The position numbers and the translations under genes were made by a program. The notes under the pieces were generated by a model. It did not search any database. It saw only the letters and a program-made list of their open reading frames with translations, and had not been told where the DNA came from. From Bacillota bacterium (GTDB lineage Bacteria > Bacillota > Halanaerobiia > Halanaerobiales > M55B127): a stretch of 64,000 nt of DNA. This document shows positions 51,322 to 62,555 of this stretch, piece by piece (position 1 is the stretch's first letter; each line of letters opens with the position of its first letter). Location of the stretch: NCBI GenBank assembly GCA_051745185.1, contig JBNJDV010000001.1, positions 745-64,744 on the forward strand, read 5' to 3'.

Positions 51322-51726
51322 TTATACACGACGTCTTTTTGGCGGACGACAACCATTATGTGGAATGGGTGTTATATCTTTAATTAAAGTTACATCCAAA
51401 CCAGTCGCCTGAATTGATCTTATAGCTGATTCTCTACCTGATCCAGGTCCTTTTACATATATTTCAACTGACTTTAATCCTAAATCTTTTGCTTCTTCAG
51501 CCGCTTCTTCTGCTGCAATTTGAGCTGCAAAAGGTGTACTTTTCCTTGAACCTTTATATCCAGCTTTACCAGAACTGTGCCAAAGGATTACATTTCCTTC
51601 TTTATCAGTTACTGTAATAATTGTATTGTTAAATGTTGACTTAATATGAACTATACCGCTATCAACATTTATCTTCTTTTTCTTTACACGGCCTCTTTTG
51701 TTACCTTTTTTCTTGGCTTTAGCCAT
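51322..51726 (-). CDS. rpsK: 30S ribosomal protein S11
   Basis: 134 aa with [18 protein letters not shown] and the C-terminus [13 protein letters not shown]. Confidence 0.97.
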   Translation of the reverse strand: MAKAKKKGNKRGRVKKKKINVDSGIVHIKSTFNNTIITVTDKEGNVILWHSSGKAGYKGSRKSTPFAAQIAAEEAAEEAKDLGLKSVEIYVKGPGSGRESAIRSIQATGLDVTLIKDITPIPHNGCRPPKRRRV

Positions 51727-51749
51727 CTATATACCTCCTAACAACTTAA

Positions 51750-52136
51750 TTATTTTGCTGTTTTAGTTTTGCTACCGCGTTTAGCACCAACAGTCTTTTT
51801 AGGGCCTTTACGTGTTCTCGCATTAGTTCTTGTTCTTTGCCCTCTTACTGGTAAACCTCTGCGGTGGCGCAATCCACGATAACTACCTATATCTTTTAAT
51901 CTTTTAATGTTTGCTCTCACTTCACGACGAAGTTCACCTTCAACAGGGTGTTTATCGATTTCTTGTCTAATTTTACTAATTTCAGCTTCAGTTAAATCTT
52001 TCACCCTTGTATCCCGGTCTACTCCCGCGTTATCTAAAATATCTTGTGATGTAGAACGACCTATACCATAGATATAAGTTAAGCCAATTTCTACTCTCTT
52101 ATTTCTTGGTAAATCAACACCTTCAATACGTGCCAA
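51750..52136 (-). CDS. rpsM: 30S ribosomal protein S13
   Basis: 128 aa starting [15 protein letters not shown], with [21 protein letters not shown]. Confidence 0.97.
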   Translation of the reverse strand: MARIEGVDLPRNKRVEIGLTYIYGIGRSTSQDILDNAGVDRDTRVKDLTEAEISKIRQEIDKHPVEGELRREVRANIKRLKDIGSYRGLRHRRGLPVRGQRTRTNARTRKGPKKTVGAKRGSKTKTAK

Positions 52137-52162
52137 TATTATACACCTCCAACATTTATATT

Positions 52163-52276
52163 TTAACCTTGACGCTGTTTATGCTTTGGATTTTCACAAA
52201 TAACCATAACTTTGCCATTTCGTCTAATTACCTTACATTTATCACAAATAGGTTTAACAGATGGTCTTACCTTCAC
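52163..52276 (-). CDS. rpmJ: 50S ribosomal protein L36 (not in ORF track)
   Basis: A GTG start after SD GGAGGG. Translation is [37 protein letters not shown] (37 aa, zinc-binding form), in the conserved slot between infA and rpsM. Confidence 0.93.
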   Translation of the reverse strand: MKVRPSVKPICDKCKVIRRNGKVMVICENPKHKQRQG

Positions 52277-52298
52277 CTAACATCCCTCCTTAAGCAAA

Positions 52299-52523
52299 TT
52301 ATTTTGCTTTATGACGGTAAGTAATTCTACCACGACTTAAATCATAAGGTGAAAGTTCAACAGTTACTTTGTCACCAGGTAAAATTCTAATATAATTCAT
52401 CCGCATTTTACCTGAAACATGTGCTAATACCTTATGACCATTTTCCAATTCAACTCTAAATTTGGCATTTGGTAAAGGCTCAATAACTGTACCTTGAACT
52501 TCAATAGGTTCTTCCTTAGCCAT
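52299..52523 (-). CDS. infA: translation initiation factor IF-1
   Basis: 74 aa with [34 protein letters not shown]. Confidence 0.97.
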   Translation of the reverse strand: MAKEEPIEVQGTVIEPLPNAKFRVELENGHKVLAHVSGKMRMNYIRILPGDKVTVELSPYDLSRGRITYRHKAK

Positions 52524-52607
52524 ATATTTGATAAGCCTCCTTGTTTTTGTTACTCAATAAGCCCAAATTTTATTATACCACAGATCACACTTTTTACACA
52601 AATTGTT

Positions 52608-53357
52608 TTAAACCTTACTTAATATTTCAGGCCCGTTTTTAGTAATTGCAATTGTGTTTTCAAAATGAGCCGACAAACTTCCGTCTTTTGTTACTACCGT
52701 CCAATTATCATCTAAAGTCTTAACCTTATAATCTCCAACATTTACCATGGGTTCAATTGCCAGTGTCATTCCTTCTTTTAAGATAGGACCGTGGCCAGGT
52801 GATCCGAAATTTGGAATTTGTGGGGGTTCATGCATATCTCGACCGATGCCATGTCCCACATATTCTCTTACAACCGAGAAATTATTTTTTTCTACATAGC
52901 TTTGTACTGCATTAGATATATCTGATAAATGGTTTTTATATAATGCTTTCTTGATAGCCTTTTCGAGAGAAACTCTTGTTACATCGATTAACTTTTGTGC
53001 CTCTTTTGAAACTTTTCCTACCGGAAAAGTTCTAGCTGCATCTCCATTAAAGCCTTTATAGAAAGTACCTATATCTAAACTTACAATATCCCCTTCTTTT
53101 AAAAATCTATCTGATCTAGGAATACCATGAACTACTTCATCATTTATAGAAACACAAACTGAAGCGGGATATCCCCTATAACCTTTAAAAGATGGTTCAG
53201 CACCATGTTTTCTTATGAACTCATCACCCTTTTTGTCTATTTCAGCAGTTGAAATACCGGGCTTGATGATTTCACTTAAATATTGATGAGTTTCTGCAAC
53301 TATTTTATTTGCATCTCTCATAATATTTAACTCTCTCGATGATTTAATGCTTATCAT
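52608..53357 (-). CDS. map: type I methionine aminopeptidase
   Basis: 249 aa with the metal-ligand pattern D...D...H...E...E (VSLDIG, GDAARTF, GHGIG, AIEP, HFENT). Confidence 0.95.
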   Translation of the reverse strand: MISIKSSRELNIMRDANKIVAETHQYLSEIIKPGISTAEIDKKGDEFIRKHGAEPSFKGYRGYPASVCVSINDEVVHGIPRSDRFLKEGDIVSLDIGTFYKGFNGDAARTFPVGKVSKEAQKLIDVTRVSLEKAIKKALYKNHLSDISNAVQSYVEKNNFSVVREYVGHGIGRDMHEPPQIPNFGSPGHGPILKEGMTLAIEPMVNVGDYKVKTLDDNWTVVTKDGSLSAHFENTIAITKNGPEILSKV

Positions 53358-54007
53358 AACACCTGCTCCTCAACAATATTAACAATTTTAGCAAATACTT
53401 CATCGATTCCTGCATCACTTTTTACCATAGCAAGCTTACCTTTTTTTTCATAAAAGTTAACTAAACTCATTATTTTTTCTTCATTCACTTTTAATCTTTC
53501 TTTTACTACTTCTTCTTTATCATCAGTGCGTTGGATTAACTTTCCACCACATTTATCACATATACCTTCTTTTTTAGGTGGATTATATTCTAAATGATAT
53601 ATAGCTCCACAGTTACTACATGTTCTTCTTAATGTTAATCTTTTTATTAATTCTTCTTTAGTGACATTTATATATAAAGCTAAATCTAATGACCGATTCA
53701 TTTCATCGAGCATATTATCTAATGCTTCTGCTTGATTTATAGTTCTGGGGAATCCGTCTAGAATAAATCCTGCCTTACAATCTTTTTCTTTTAGTCTTTC
53801 TCTCACAATATTATTAGTAATTTCATCCGGCACTAGACCGCCAGAATCAATTATCTCTTTGGCTTTTTTACCGAGTTCTGTTTCATCTTTTATTGCAGTT
53901 CTAAATATGTCTCCTGTTGAAATATGGGGTATATTATATTTATTGCTTAATTTTTTGGCTTGTGTACCTTTACCTGCACCCGGCAAACCAAGCATTATAA
54001 GATTCAT
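53354..54007 (-). CDS. adk: adenylate kinase (Cys4 zinc lid)
   Basis: 217 aa with P-loop GLPGAGKGTQ and lid CSNCG...CDKCG. Confidence 0.97.
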   Translation of the reverse strand: MNLIMLGLPGAGKGTQAKKLSNKYNIPHISTGDIFRTAIKDETELGKKAKEIIDSGGLVPDEITNNIVRERLKEKDCKAGFILDGFPRTINQAEALDNMLDEMNRSLDLALYINVTKEELIKRLTLRRTCSNCGAIYHLEYNPPKKEGICDKCGGKLIQRTDDKEEVVKERLKVNEEKIMSLVNFYEKKGKLAMVKSDAGIDEVFAKIVNIVEEQVL

Positions 54008-54028
54008 CTTCTTCCCCCTTTGTTTATA

Positions 54029-55297
54029 TTATTTCATAAAGCCTTCATAGTGTCTCATTAATAGATGTGATTCAATTTGTTGCATTGTTTGTAATGCTAC
54101 ACCGGTCATAATCAATACTGATGTACCACCGAAACTGATGTTTACACCTGTCAATGGACCCATTGCAAAAGGTAACATAGCAACTATTGTTAAGAAAAAT
54201 GCTCCAGCTAATGTTACTCTTACTAGTATTTTATCTAAATAATTTATTGTCGCTTTACCTGGTCTTATTCCTGGAATAAATCCACCATTTTTCTGCATGT
54301 TTTCTGCTACCTCTTCTGGATTGAATGTAATAGCAGTATAAAAATATGTGAAAAAGAGGATCATTAAACCATATAATATCAGATAAAGTGTTGAACCTGG
54401 TTGTATCAATGTTGATATGCTTTGTGCCCAATCAAATGGTAACACTTGTGCAATAACTCCTGGGAACATTAGTACAGATGAAGCAAATATTACTGGAATA
54501 ACTCCAGCCTGGTTTACTTTCATTGGTATATGAGTACTTCTTCCACCATATACCTTTCTACCTACAATTCTCTTTGAATATTGAACCGGAATTCTTCTTT
54601 CACCTTCTTGTACAAATATAATTCCAGCAACAATAGCAATTGCTAATACTACAAAAAGTAATATGTTTAAAATAGAAATACTTCCAGCTTGAAATAATCT
54701 ATATGTGCTAACTATTTCTCCAGGGAATCTTGAAATAATTGATGTAAAAATTATAATAGAAATACCGTTACCGATACCCTTATCATTAATTTGCTCACCA
54801 AGCCACATCAAGAAAGCTGTTCCTGCTGTTAAAGTAACAACTATTAAAAATAGATCAAAAAATGTAGGATTAGGTATTGCACCAAAACGATTAATATATG
54901 ATGTTATACCAACCCCCTGAATAACAGCTAATACAATTGTTCCATACCTAGTATACTGAGCAATTTTTTTTCTTCCTTCAGCACCTTGTTTAGATAGTTC
55001 TTCTAATTTAGGTATTACAACAGTTAATAGGTTTAGAATAATTGAAGCTGTAATATATGGTGTGATACTCATTGCAAAAACTGTAAAGTTTCTTAAAGCA
55101 CCACCAGCAAATAAATCAAGAAAATCAAATACTCCTCCAATTCCACCTTGGAATAGTCTTTCCTGTAAAATACCAACATCTACTCCAGGAACCGGTATAT
55201 GAGCACCTAATCTATATACTACCATCATAGCTAAAACAAATAGTACTTTTTTCCTAAGTTCTTTTACCTTAAAAATGTTTTTAAAAGTCTGTAACAA
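54029..55297 (-). CDS. secY: preprotein translocase subunit SecY
   Basis: 422-aa 10-TM protein in the conserved spc-operon position. Confidence 0.97.
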   Translation of the reverse strand: MLQTFKNIFKVKELRKKVLFVLAMMVVYRLGAHIPVPGVDVGILQERLFQGGIGGVFDFLDLFAGGALRNFTVFAMSITPYITASIILNLLTVVIPKLEELSKQGAEGRKKIAQYTRYGTIVLAVIQGVGITSYINRFGAIPNPTFFDLFLIVVTLTAGTAFLMWLGEQINDKGIGNGISIIIFTSIISRFPGEIVSTYRLFQAGSISILNILLFVVLAIAIVAGIIFVQEGERRIPVQYSKRIVGRKVYGGRSTHIPMKVNQAGVIPVIFASSVLMFPGVIAQVLPFDWAQSISTLIQPGSTLYLILYGLMILFFTYFYTAITFNPEEVAENMQKNGGFIPGIRPGKATINYLDKILVRVTLAGAFFLTIVAMLPFAMGPLTGVNISFGGTSVLIMTGVALQTMQQIESHLLMRHYEGFMK

Positions 55298-55298
55298 C

Positions 55299-55742
55299 TT
55301 AAATCACCTCAGCCTTTCCACCAGCATTTTCGATCTTTTCAACGGCAGATTTACTGAAGGCGTGTGCTTTTACAGTTAAATCTTTGGTGATAGCACCTTT
55401 GGCTAGTACTTTAACGCCATTTTTTGCAATATTATCAATTAATCCTTTTTCTTGTAGTAATTCGGGAGTAATTTCTGTGCCCTCATCAAAGTTATTTAAC
55501 TGATAAACATTTACAACACTGTACTGCTTTTTAAAAATATTATTAAATCCGCGTTTTGGAAGCTTTCTAAACAATGGTGTCTGTCCACCTTCAAAAGTTG
55601 GTCTAATTTTATTACCAGATCTAGAATTTTGTCCGTTAGCTCCGCGTCCTGAAGTATAACCTCTTCCAGAACCAGTACCACGTCCTACTCTTCTTTTTCT
55701 TTTTTTAGAACCTTTCGCGGGTTTTAAGTCATGTAAGTTCAT
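55299..55742 (-). CDS. rplO: 50S ribosomal protein L15
   Basis: Starts [12 protein letters not shown], with [10 protein letters not shown] set the start to ATG 55742; the track's GTG lies inside the SD GGAGGTG. Confidence 0.95.
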   Translation of the reverse strand: MNLHDLKPAKGSKKRKRRVGRGTGSGRGYTSGRGANGQNSRSGNKIRPTFEGGQTPLFRKLPKRGFNNIFKKQYSVVNVYQLNNFDEGTEITPELLQEKGLIDNIAKNGVKVLAKGAITKDLTVKAHAFSKSAVEKIENAGGKAEVI

Positions 55743-55762
55743 AACGTTGCGCACCTCCTTAA

Positions 55763-56263
55763 TTATCCAAGAATTTCTTCTACTGTTTTTCCTCTTAATC
55801 TTGCTACATCTTCTGCTGATTTTAATTCTTTTAAACCAGTCATTGTAGCATTAACCATATTTATAGGATTTGAAGAACCAAGTGATTTTGTTAAAATATC
55901 GTTGATTCCTGCTAATTCTATTACCGCACGTACTGGACCACCGGCAATAACACCTGTACCCTCAACAGCAGGTTTTAATAGAACTCTTCCTGCTCCGAAT
56001 ACTCCTGTTATTTCATGTGGAATAGTAGTTTCGACAATAGGCACTTTGATTAAGTGCTTTTTAGCATCATCTACACCTTTTCTTATTGCTTCTGGTACTT
56101 CATTTGCTTTTCCAATGCCTGCTCCAACATGGCCGTTTGAATCTCCAACAACCACTAGAGCGCTAAAGCTAAAGTTACGTCCACCTTTTACAACTTTAGC
56201 AACACGATTTATATTAACTACTCTTTCGTCTAAATCCAATTTATTCGGATCAATCTTGCTCAT
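55763..56263 (-). CDS. rpsE: 30S ribosomal protein S5
   Basis: 166 aa with [27 protein letters not shown]. Confidence 0.97.
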   Translation of the reverse strand: MSKIDPNKLDLDERVVNINRVAKVVKGGRNFSFSALVVVGDSNGHVGAGIGKANEVPEAIRKGVDDAKKHLIKVPIVETTIPHEITGVFGAGRVLLKPAVEGTGVIAGGPVRAVIELAGINDILTKSLGSSNPINMVNATMTGLKELKSAEDVARLRGKTVEEILG

Positions 56264-56279
56264 GGATTCGCCTCCTTCG

Positions 56280-56636
56280 TTAAAATTTTAATCCTTCTTC
56301 TCTTGCTGCTTCTGCAACTGCTTTAACTCGTCCGTGATATTTATATCCGGCTCTATCAAAAACAACCTCATTAATGTCATTTTCTAATGCTCTTTTTGCA
56401 ACCAATTCTCCAACTTTTTTAGCAGCTTCTACATTACCGCTGTAGTCTAATTGGCTGCGTAATTTTTCATCTTCTGTAGATGCAGCAACAAGAGTATGTC
56501 CAGTTAAATCATTTATAATCTGAACGTACATATTTTTCAAACTCCTGTTTACAACCATTCTTGGTTTGTTAGGAGTACCTGTAATTTTATTTCTAATTCT
56601 GAAGTGCCTTCTTTTTCTGGCAGACCTCTTATCCAC
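56280..56636 (-). CDS. rplR: 50S ribosomal protein L18
   Basis: Contains [32 protein letters not shown] and YHGRVKA. The start is ambiguous: I chose GTG 56636 (SD AAGGGAG, 8-nt spacer). The track's TTG 56654 abuts the rplF stop and lacks an SD. Confidence 0.9.
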   Translation of the reverse strand: MDKRSARKRRHFRIRNKITGTPNKPRMVVNRSLKNMYVQIINDLTGHTLVAASTEDEKLRSQLDYSGNVEAAKKVGELVAKRALENDINEVVFDRAGYKYHGRVKAVAEAAREEGLKF

Positions 56637-56654
56637 AATTATCACTCCCTTCAA

Positions 56655-57185
56655 TTAACCGGTTTTACCAACTTTTCTTCTAATGTGTTCACCTACATAT
56701 TTAACACCTTTACCTTTATATGGTTCAGGTTTTCTTGTTTCTCTTATATTAGCTGCGACATCGCCGACTAACTGTTTATCATAACCAGATACAGTTATTA
56801 TATTTTTTTCCACATCAAATTTGATGCCATCATGTGCTTCAAATTTAATCGGATGTGAATATCCTACTTCAAGTACAAGAGTACTTCCTTGGACTTTTGC
56901 ATTATATCCAACACCTACCAATTCTAATTTTTTAGTAAATCCTTCAGTTACACCTTCTACCATTCCTTCAATCAAACTACGAATTAATCCATGTTGAGAA
57001 CGGTCATCTTTGCTATCTGAAGGTCTTTTTACAACAACAGCTTCATCTTCAATATTTATATCAAATAAGGGATTGAACTCCCTAGTGATTTCTCCCTTTG
57101 GTCCTTTAACAGTTACCTTGCTTCCATCTATATTAACATCAACTTTTTCCGGAATGTCAACAGGTTGTTTACCTATACGGGACAT
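56655..57185 (-). CDS. rplF: 50S ribosomal protein L6
   Basis: Starts MSRIGKQPVDIP. I set the start to ATG 57185 (SD GGAGGTG). Confidence 0.96.
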   Translation of the reverse strand: MSRIGKQPVDIPEKVDVNIDGSKVTVKGPKGEITREFNPLFDINIEDEAVVVKRPSDSKDDRSQHGLIRSLIEGMVEGVTEGFTKKLELVGVGYNAKVQGSTLVLEVGYSHPIKFEAHDGIKFDVEKNIITVSGYDKQLVGDVAANIRETRKPEPYKGKGVKYVGEHIRRKVGKTG

Positions 57186-57224
57186 TAAATTCACCTCCAG
57201 CTATTTTCTAGAAAAATCGTATCT

Positions 57225-57623
57225 TTACCATACGTAGCAGAGAACTTCTCCACCCACGCCTTCTTTGCGAGCTTCTTTATCAGTTAATACTCCTCGAGAT
57301 GTTGAAATAACAGCTATTCCTAAACCTCCGAGTACTCTTGGTATTTCATCTTTATTAACATATACTCTTAATCCAGGTTTACTTATTCTTTTGATTCCGG
57401 TAATAACTTTTTCATTGTCTTTTCCATACTTCAAATAAACTCTAACTTTATTTTGAGGATAATTATCTATAATTTTATATTCTTTGATAAAACCTTCATC
57501 TTTTAAAGTTTTTGCAATATTAATTTTTAAATTCGAAGCAGGTATATCGACAACATCTTTATTTACACTATTGGCATTACGGACACGTGTTAACATATCT
57601 GCAATCGGATCAGTAATATTCAT
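57225..57623 (-). CDS. rpsH: 30S ribosomal protein S8
   Basis: Starts [18 protein letters not shown] set the start to ATG 57623 (SD GGAAGGAGG), removing a 19-codon track extension that overlaps rpsN. Confidence 0.96.
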   Translation of the reverse strand: MNITDPIADMLTRVRNANSVNKDVVDIPASNLKINIAKTLKDEGFIKEYKIIDNYPQNKVRVYLKYGKDNEKVITGIKRISKPGLRVYVNKDEIPRVLGGLGIAVISTSRGVLTDKEARKEGVGGEVLCYVW

Positions 57624-57645
57624 TAAGCCATCCTCCTTCCTGATT

Positions 57646-57831
57646 TTACCAACTTGCTTTTTTAACTCCGGGTATTTCACCTTTATGTGCTAATTCTCTG
57701 AAACAAATTCTACAGAGATCAAATTTTCTCATATAACCACGAGCTCTTCCACATCTACTACATCTATTAACTTTTCTAGTAGAATATTTAGGCTCTTTGT
57801 TTGCTTTCTCGACTAATGCCTTACGGGCCAT
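57646..57831 (-). CDS. rpsN: 30S ribosomal protein S14, short zinc-binding (type Z) form
   Basis: 61 aa with CSRCGR...LCRIC. Confidence 0.96.
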   Translation of the reverse strand: MARKALVEKANKEPKYSTRKVNRCSRCGRARGYMRKFDLCRICFRELAHKGEIPGVKKASW

Positions 57832-57857
57832 AAAATTAATCCCTCCTTATTATTGGA

Positions 57858-58397
57858 CTACTTTTTAAATGGCATACCCATTAATCTTAATAATTCAAAG
57901 GCTTCTTCATCAGTTTCTGCTGATGTAACTATTGTAGCTTCAACACCATGAACCTTATCTACATCATCAATTTTGATTTCTGGGAATACAATATGTTCAT
58001 TCAGTCCAAGACTATAATTTCCTCTACCATCAAACGCATCCGGAGAAATACCTCTAAAGTCTCTTACACGTGGATAAGTAATATTGATTAACTTATATAG
58101 AAACTCATACATATATTCACCACGCAAAGTTACTTTAACACCGATCGGCATTCCCTCACGTATTTTAAAGTTCGCTATAGCTTTTTTAGCTCTAGTTACT
58201 GTTGGTTGTTGCCCAGTAATTCTAGCGACATTTTCTACAACTTGATCTAACAGTTTGGGATCTTCTTTTGCATCTCCAATCCCAACGTTAACAACTATCT
58301 TTTCTACCTTAGGTGCTTCCATTACATTATTGTAATTAAATTTTTCAACTAATTGAGGTAATATTTCTTCCCTAAATTGTTCGGCTAAAACAGACAT
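57858..58397 (-). CDS. rplE: 50S ribosomal protein L5
   Basis: 179 aa with the L5 pattern ([26 protein letters not shown]). Confidence 0.97.
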   Translation of the reverse strand: MSVLAEQFREEILPQLVEKFNYNNVMEAPKVEKIVVNVGIGDAKEDPKLLDQVVENVARITGQQPTVTRAKKAIANFKIREGMPIGVKVTLRGEYMYEFLYKLINITYPRVRDFRGISPDAFDGRGNYSLGLNEHIVFPEIKIDDVDKVHGVEATIVTSAETDEEAFELLRLMGMPFKK

Positions 58398-58421
58398 CCA
58401 ATAACCTCCTTCCAGTTAAAT

Positions 58422-58736
58422 CTATTTATCTATTACTTCGTCACAGCTTTTACATACTCTTACTTTTTTCCCGCTGTCTAAAACATCTACACCGACACGA
58501 GATCTTTCGTCACAGCGAGGGCATACGAGCATAACGTTAGAAATATGAATTGGGGCTTCATTTTCAATAATTCCGCCCTGTGGCATATCCTGGGTAGGAC
58601 GCATATGTCTACTGACAATATTAATTCCTTCCACGATAACACGATCTTCATCACGATCTACATTTAAAACTTTACCTCGTTTGCCTTTATCTTTACCATA
58701 TATAACTTCAACAGTGTCATCTTTTTTAATTCTCAT
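58422..58736 (-). CDS. rplX: 50S ribosomal protein L24 (with C-terminal CxxC-x19-CxxC)
   Basis: 104 aa with a KOW motif (KKDDTVEVIYGKDKGKRGKV). The C-terminal part carries CPRC and CKSC. Confidence 0.96.
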   Translation of the reverse strand: MRIKKDDTVEVIYGKDKGKRGKVLNVDRDEDRVIVEGINIVSRHMRPTQDMPQGGIIENEAPIHISNVMLVCPRCDERSRVGVDVLDSGKKVRVCKSCDEVIDK

Positions 58737-58749
58737 TAAACTCCCCCCT

Positions 58750-59118
58750 CTATAATACCTCAGGTGCTAAGGAGATAATTTTCATATAATTTTTATCTCT
58801 CAATTCACGTGTTACAGGTCCAAAAATACGGGTACCTGTTGGATTATCATTATTATCTATAATTACAGCTGCATTTTCGTCAAATTTTATATATGAACCG
58901 TCTTTTCTTTTCATTTCCTTTTTAGTTCTTACAATTAAAGCAGTCACTACTTCGCCTTTTTTTACCATACCGTCTGGTATTGCTTCTTTAACAGAAGCTA
59001 TTATTTTGTCACCGATACCGGCATATCTTTTTCTTGAACCACCCAGTACTTTTATACATAAAAGTTCACGGGCTCCAGAGTTATCGGCAACCTTAAGTCT
59101 ACTTTCAGACTGAATCAT
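58750..59118 (-). CDS. rplN: 50S ribosomal protein L14
   Basis: 122 aa starting [18 protein letters not shown]. Confidence 0.97.
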   Translation of the reverse strand: MIQSESRLKVADNSGARELLCIKVLGGSRKRYAGIGDKIIASVKEAIPDGMVKKGEVVTALIVRTKKEMKRKDGSYIKFDENAAVIIDNNDNPTGTRIFGPVTRELRDKNYMKIISLAPEVL

Positions 59119-59146
59119 TTAGAACCCTCCTCATCTATAATGAACA

Positions 59147-59407
59147 TTATTTTGCTTTTTCGATAATTTCTAAAACTCTCCATCTTTTTGACTTACTTAA
59201 AGGACGAGTTTCTATAATACGTACTTTGTCACCCTCATTACACTCATTCTTTTCATCATGTACTTTATATTTTTTTGTTTGTTTTACAACTCTTTTATAT
59301 AAAGGGTGCTGAGTTTTACGTTCAACAGCAACTGTGACAGTTTTATCCATCTTGTCACTGGCCACAAAACCAGTACGTATTTTTTTATTTGTATTAATTT
59401 CTGCCAT
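59147..59407 (-). CDS. rpsQ: 30S ribosomal protein S17
   Basis: Contains [18 protein letters not shown] and [16 protein letters not shown] set the start to ATG 59407 (SD AAGGAGA). Confidence 0.95.
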   Translation of the reverse strand: MAEINTNKKIRTGFVASDKMDKTVTVAVERKTQHPLYKRVVKQTKKYKVHDEKNECNEGDKVRIIETRPLSKSKRWRVLEIIEKAK

Positions 59408-59431
59408 AATCAATCTCCTTTCTTAAACAAT

Positions 59432-59635
59432 CTATGCTTGGTTAATTCCAAGTTCTTGTTCGCGTTTTATAGTTTTAATGCGAGCAATTATTCTCTTAAC
59501 CTCACGAATTCTAGTAGGATTATCTAATTGTGCAGTCGCATGTTGAAATCTTAGATTAAACAACTCTTCTTTGAATTCTCTCAACTTTTGATCTAATTCA
59601 ACATCAGTTAAATTTCTCAATTCATCAGCTCTCAT
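59432..59635 (-). CDS. rpmC: 50S ribosomal protein L29
   Basis: Starts [18 protein letters not shown], with [16 protein letters not shown] chose ATG 59635 by alignment with typical L29 N-termini, which overlaps the rplP 3' end by 11 nt. The track start 59656 is less likely. Confidence 0.9.
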   Translation of the reverse strand: MRADELRNLTDVELDQKLREFKEELFNLRFQHATAQLDNPTRIREVKRIIARIKTIKREQELGINQA

Positions 59636-60059
59636 TGGACTCACCATCCGTTTCATCTCGTTTCACAAATTTAGTTTTTATTGGTAGTTTATGAGCAGCA
59701 AGCCTCATAGCTTCCTTAGCAACTTCTTCTGGTACACCCGCTAATTCAAACATAATCCTACCGGGTTTTACAACAGCTACCCACTTTTCAGGGGCACCTT
59801 TACCACTACCCATTCTTGTTTCTGCAGGTTTGGAGGTTACAGGTTTATCAGGAAATATTTTAACCCAAACCTTTCCACCTCTTTTTATATATCTAGTTAA
59901 AGCAACACGAGCAGCCTCTATCTGGCGATTAGTAATCCAGTGAGGTTCAAGTGCACGCAGTCCGAATTCACCAAATGAAATATCGGTTCCTCTTACTGCT
60001 TTACCTCTCATTCTGCCTCTCTGCTGTTTACGATGCTTAACCCTTTTAGGTACTAACAT
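59625..60059 (-). CDS. rplP: 50S ribosomal protein L16
   Basis: 144 aa starting [19 protein letters not shown]. Confidence 0.97.
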   Translation of the reverse strand: MLVPKRVKHRKQQRGRMRGKAVRGTDISFGEFGLRALEPHWITNRQIEAARVALTRYIKRGGKVWVKIFPDKPVTSKPAETRMGSGKGAPEKWVAVVKPGRIMFELAGVPEEVAKEAMRLAAHKLPIKTKFVKRDETDGESNES

Positions 60060-60086
60060 TTAGAGACCTCCTTTCAAACATTTCTA

Positions 60087-60731
60087 TTATTCATTATCTA
60101 CTTCAGGTAATATTTCGCCTTTATTAATCCAAACTTTAACACCTATTTTACCGTATGTTGTATCTGCTTCAGCAAAACCATAATCTATATCGGCTCTTAG
60201 AGTATGAAGAGGTACACTACCTTCTTGATAACCTTCTTTTCTAGCCATTTCAGCTCCACCTAAACGGCCACTACTCATTATTTTAAAACCTTCAGCTCCC
60301 ATTTTCATTGCTCTATCCATCGCTTTTTTCATAGCTCTCCTAAAAGAAACTCTTCTTAAAAGTTGTTGAGCAATGTTTTCGGAAACTAACTGAGCATTAA
60401 GTTCTGGTTTATCAACTTCTACAACATTTATTTGAACAGTTTTTCCTGTCATATTTTCAATTTCTTTTCTCAATGCATCAACTTCAGAACCACCTCTACC
60501 AATAACCATACCTGGACGGGCAGTATGAACATCAATCTTAAGTCTATTTGCAGCTCTTTCAATTACTACTCTAGAAATTCCAGCTTCGAACATCTTCTTT
60601 TTTATATGTTCTCTAATTTCTATATCTTCATGCAGTAGTTTTGCATAATTATCTTTATTAGCATACCATTTGGCATCCCAATCTTTTATTACTCCTACAC
60701 GAAGACCATGTGGATTTACTTTTTGACCCAA
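60087..60731 (-). CDS. rpsC: 30S ribosomal protein S3
   Basis: 214 aa starting [13 protein letters not shown], with a KH domain. Confidence 0.97.
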   Translation of the reverse strand: MGQKVNPHGLRVGVIKDWDAKWYANKDNYAKLLHEDIEIREHIKKKMFEAGISRVVIERAANRLKIDVHTARPGMVIGRGGSEVDALRKEIENMTGKTVQINVVEVDKPELNAQLVSENIAQQLLRRVSFRRAMKKAMDRAMKMGAEGFKIMSSGRLGGAEMARKEGYQEGSVPLHTLRADIDYGFAEADTTYGKIGVKVWINKGEILPEVDNE

Positions 60732-60733
60732 AT

Positions 60734-61075
60734 TTAACCCTCCTTCTTCTCTTCAAGAATTACGGTAACATGGCTTGTCCTTTTGTTTATTGGACTTGCC
60801 TGTCCCATTGCTCTCGGACGAAACCTTTTCATTGTAGGTCCTTCGTCAACAAAACATTTTGATACATATAAATCATCAACAAACATATCGTGATTGTTCT
60901 CTGCATTTGCAATCGCTGAGTTAAGAACTTTTTCTATAATTTTTGAAGATTTATTAGGTGTGTTTTTTAATATACCTATTGCCTCTCCAATATCTTTCCC
61001 TCTTATTAAGTCAATTACTCTTCTAGATTTACGCGGGGAAACTCTCACATATTTGGCAACAGCTTTAGCTTCCAT
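60734..61075 (-). CDS. rplV: 50S ribosomal protein L22
   Basis: 113 aa with [21 protein letters not shown]. Confidence 0.97.
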   Translation of the reverse strand: MEAKAVAKYVRVSPRKSRRVIDLIRGKDIGEAIGILKNTPNKSSKIIEKVLNSAIANAENNHDMFVDDLYVSKCFVDEGPTMKRFRPRAMGQASPINKRTSHVTVILEEKKEG

Positions 61076-61097
61076 AATATAAACCCCCCTTTAGTGT

Positions 61098-61382
61098 TTA
61101 TTTAAGTGTAGTAGAGCGTTCAGTATGTCTACTATGCCCTCTAAATATTCTAGTAGGTGCAAATTCTCCTAATTTATGTCCTACCATTTCTTCAGTTATA
61201 AATACTGGTACATGTTTTCTGCCATCATGGACCGCTATTGTATGACCAACCATATTGGGAAAGATGGTTGAACTGCGTGACCATGTTTTTATAACTTCTT
61301 TTTTTCCAGATTCATTTAATTCTTCTATCTTTTCCATAAGTTTCTCTTGAACAAATGGTCTTTTATTAACAGATCTAGCCAT
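61098..61382 (-). CDS. rpsS: 30S ribosomal protein S19
   Basis: 94 aa with [27 protein letters not shown]. Confidence 0.97.
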   Translation of the reverse strand: MARSVNKRPFVQEKLMEKIEELNESGKKEVIKTWSRSSTIFPNMVGHTIAVHDGRKHVPVFITEEMVGHKLGEFAPTRIFRGHSRHTERSTTLK

Positions 61383-61404
61383 AAAATTATACCTCCTTTA
61401 ACCT

Positions 61405-62238
61405 CTATCTTTTCTTGGTCTTGCGGGACCTGATAATATACTTATCAGATTTTTTTGTTTTTCGCGTCTTTTTACCCATAGTTTTTTGTCCCCAAGGAGT
61501 AACTGGATGACGTCCTGCAGGTGATTTACCTTCACCACCACCGTGTGGGTGATCATGAGGATTCATAACAACACCGCGTACAGAAGGTCTTTTTCCTTTC
61601 CATCTACTACGGCCAGCTTTTCCCAGGGTAATATTTTCATGATTAATATTACCGACCTGTCCTATAGTAGCTTTACACTCTTGTCTGATTAAGCGAACTT
61701 CACTTGAAGGCATTTTAACATGAGCAAATTTTCCTTCTTTAGCCAAAATTTGTGCATTAACACCAGCTGATCTAGCAATTTGTCCACCTTTACCAGGTTG
61801 TAGCTCCACATTGTGTACTATTGTACCAACAGGTATATTCTTTAACTTTAAAGAATTACCAGGAACTATATCTATATTTTCTCCAGAAATTATTTCATCT
61901 CCAACAGATAATTTATCTGGAGCTAAAATATATCTTTTTTCTCCATCTGCATATGTTAGTAACGCTATTCTTGCAGTTCTGTTTGGATCATATTCGATTG
62001 CAGCTACTTTTGCAGGTATATTATCTTTGTCTCTCTTAAAATCTATTATTCTATAACGTCTTTTATGTCCTCCACCTCTTCTTCTTGAGGTGATCCTTCC
62101 ATTTACATTACGTCCACCAGTTTTATGAAGTTTAGCAAGTAAACTTTTTTCTGGTTCTTTTTTTGTAATTTCTTCAAAAGAAGAAACAGTCATATATCTC
62201 CTGGAAGGAGTTGTAGGTTTAAAGGTCTTGATAGCCAT
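61405..62238 (-). CDS. rplB: 50S ribosomal protein L2
   Basis: 277 aa with [19 protein letters not shown] and [13 protein letters not shown]. Confidence 0.97.
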   Translation of the reverse strand: MAIKTFKPTTPSRRYMTVSSFEEITKKEPEKSLLAKLHKTGGRNVNGRITSRRRGGGHKRRYRIIDFKRDKDNIPAKVAAIEYDPNRTARIALLTYADGEKRYILAPDKLSVGDEIISGENIDIVPGNSLKLKNIPVGTIVHNVELQPGKGGQIARSAGVNAQILAKEGKFAHVKMPSSEVRLIRQECKATIGQVGNINHENITLGKAGRSRWKGKRPSVRGVVMNPHDHPHGGGEGKSPAGRHPVTPWGQKTMGKKTRKTKKSDKYIIRSRKTKKR

Positions 62239-62264
62239 TGTGTCCCCTCCTTTAACAATAAATA

Positions 62265-62555
62265 TTAGAGTCCTTCAAATATTTCTATTGAATCTCCTTC
62301 GGCTAATCTAACCAAAGCTTTTTTCCAGCTTGCGGTTTTTCCTTCATTTCTACCAAGTCTACGTTTTTTTCCACGCATATTCATGGTATTAACATTGTCT
62401 ACTTTCACATTAAAAATTTCTTCAATAGCTTTTCTTATTTCAACTTTATTAGCATTTTTAGCAACTTTAAAAGTATAAGTATTACTTTCTTCCATTTTCA
62501 ACATGCTGTTTTCAGTTATCACAGGTTTAATTAAAACATCTCTAGGATCTTTCAT
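62265..62555 (-). CDS. rplW: 50S ribosomal protein L23
   Basis: 96 aa with [25 protein letters not shown]. Confidence 0.96.
   Translation of the reverse strand: MKDPRDVLIKPVITENSMLKMEESNTYTFKVAKNANKVEIRKAIEEIFNVKVDNVNTMNMRGKKRRLGRNEGKTASWKKALVRLAEGDSIEIFEGL

Noticed and set aside
55743-55762. No rpmD (L30) gene between rpsE and rplO.
   Set aside because: The 20-nt gap cannot hold a gene. As I recall, L30 is missing from this position in a number of bacterial lineages, so this is a lineage trait rather than an anomaly. A copy elsewhere in the genome cannot be excluded from this window.
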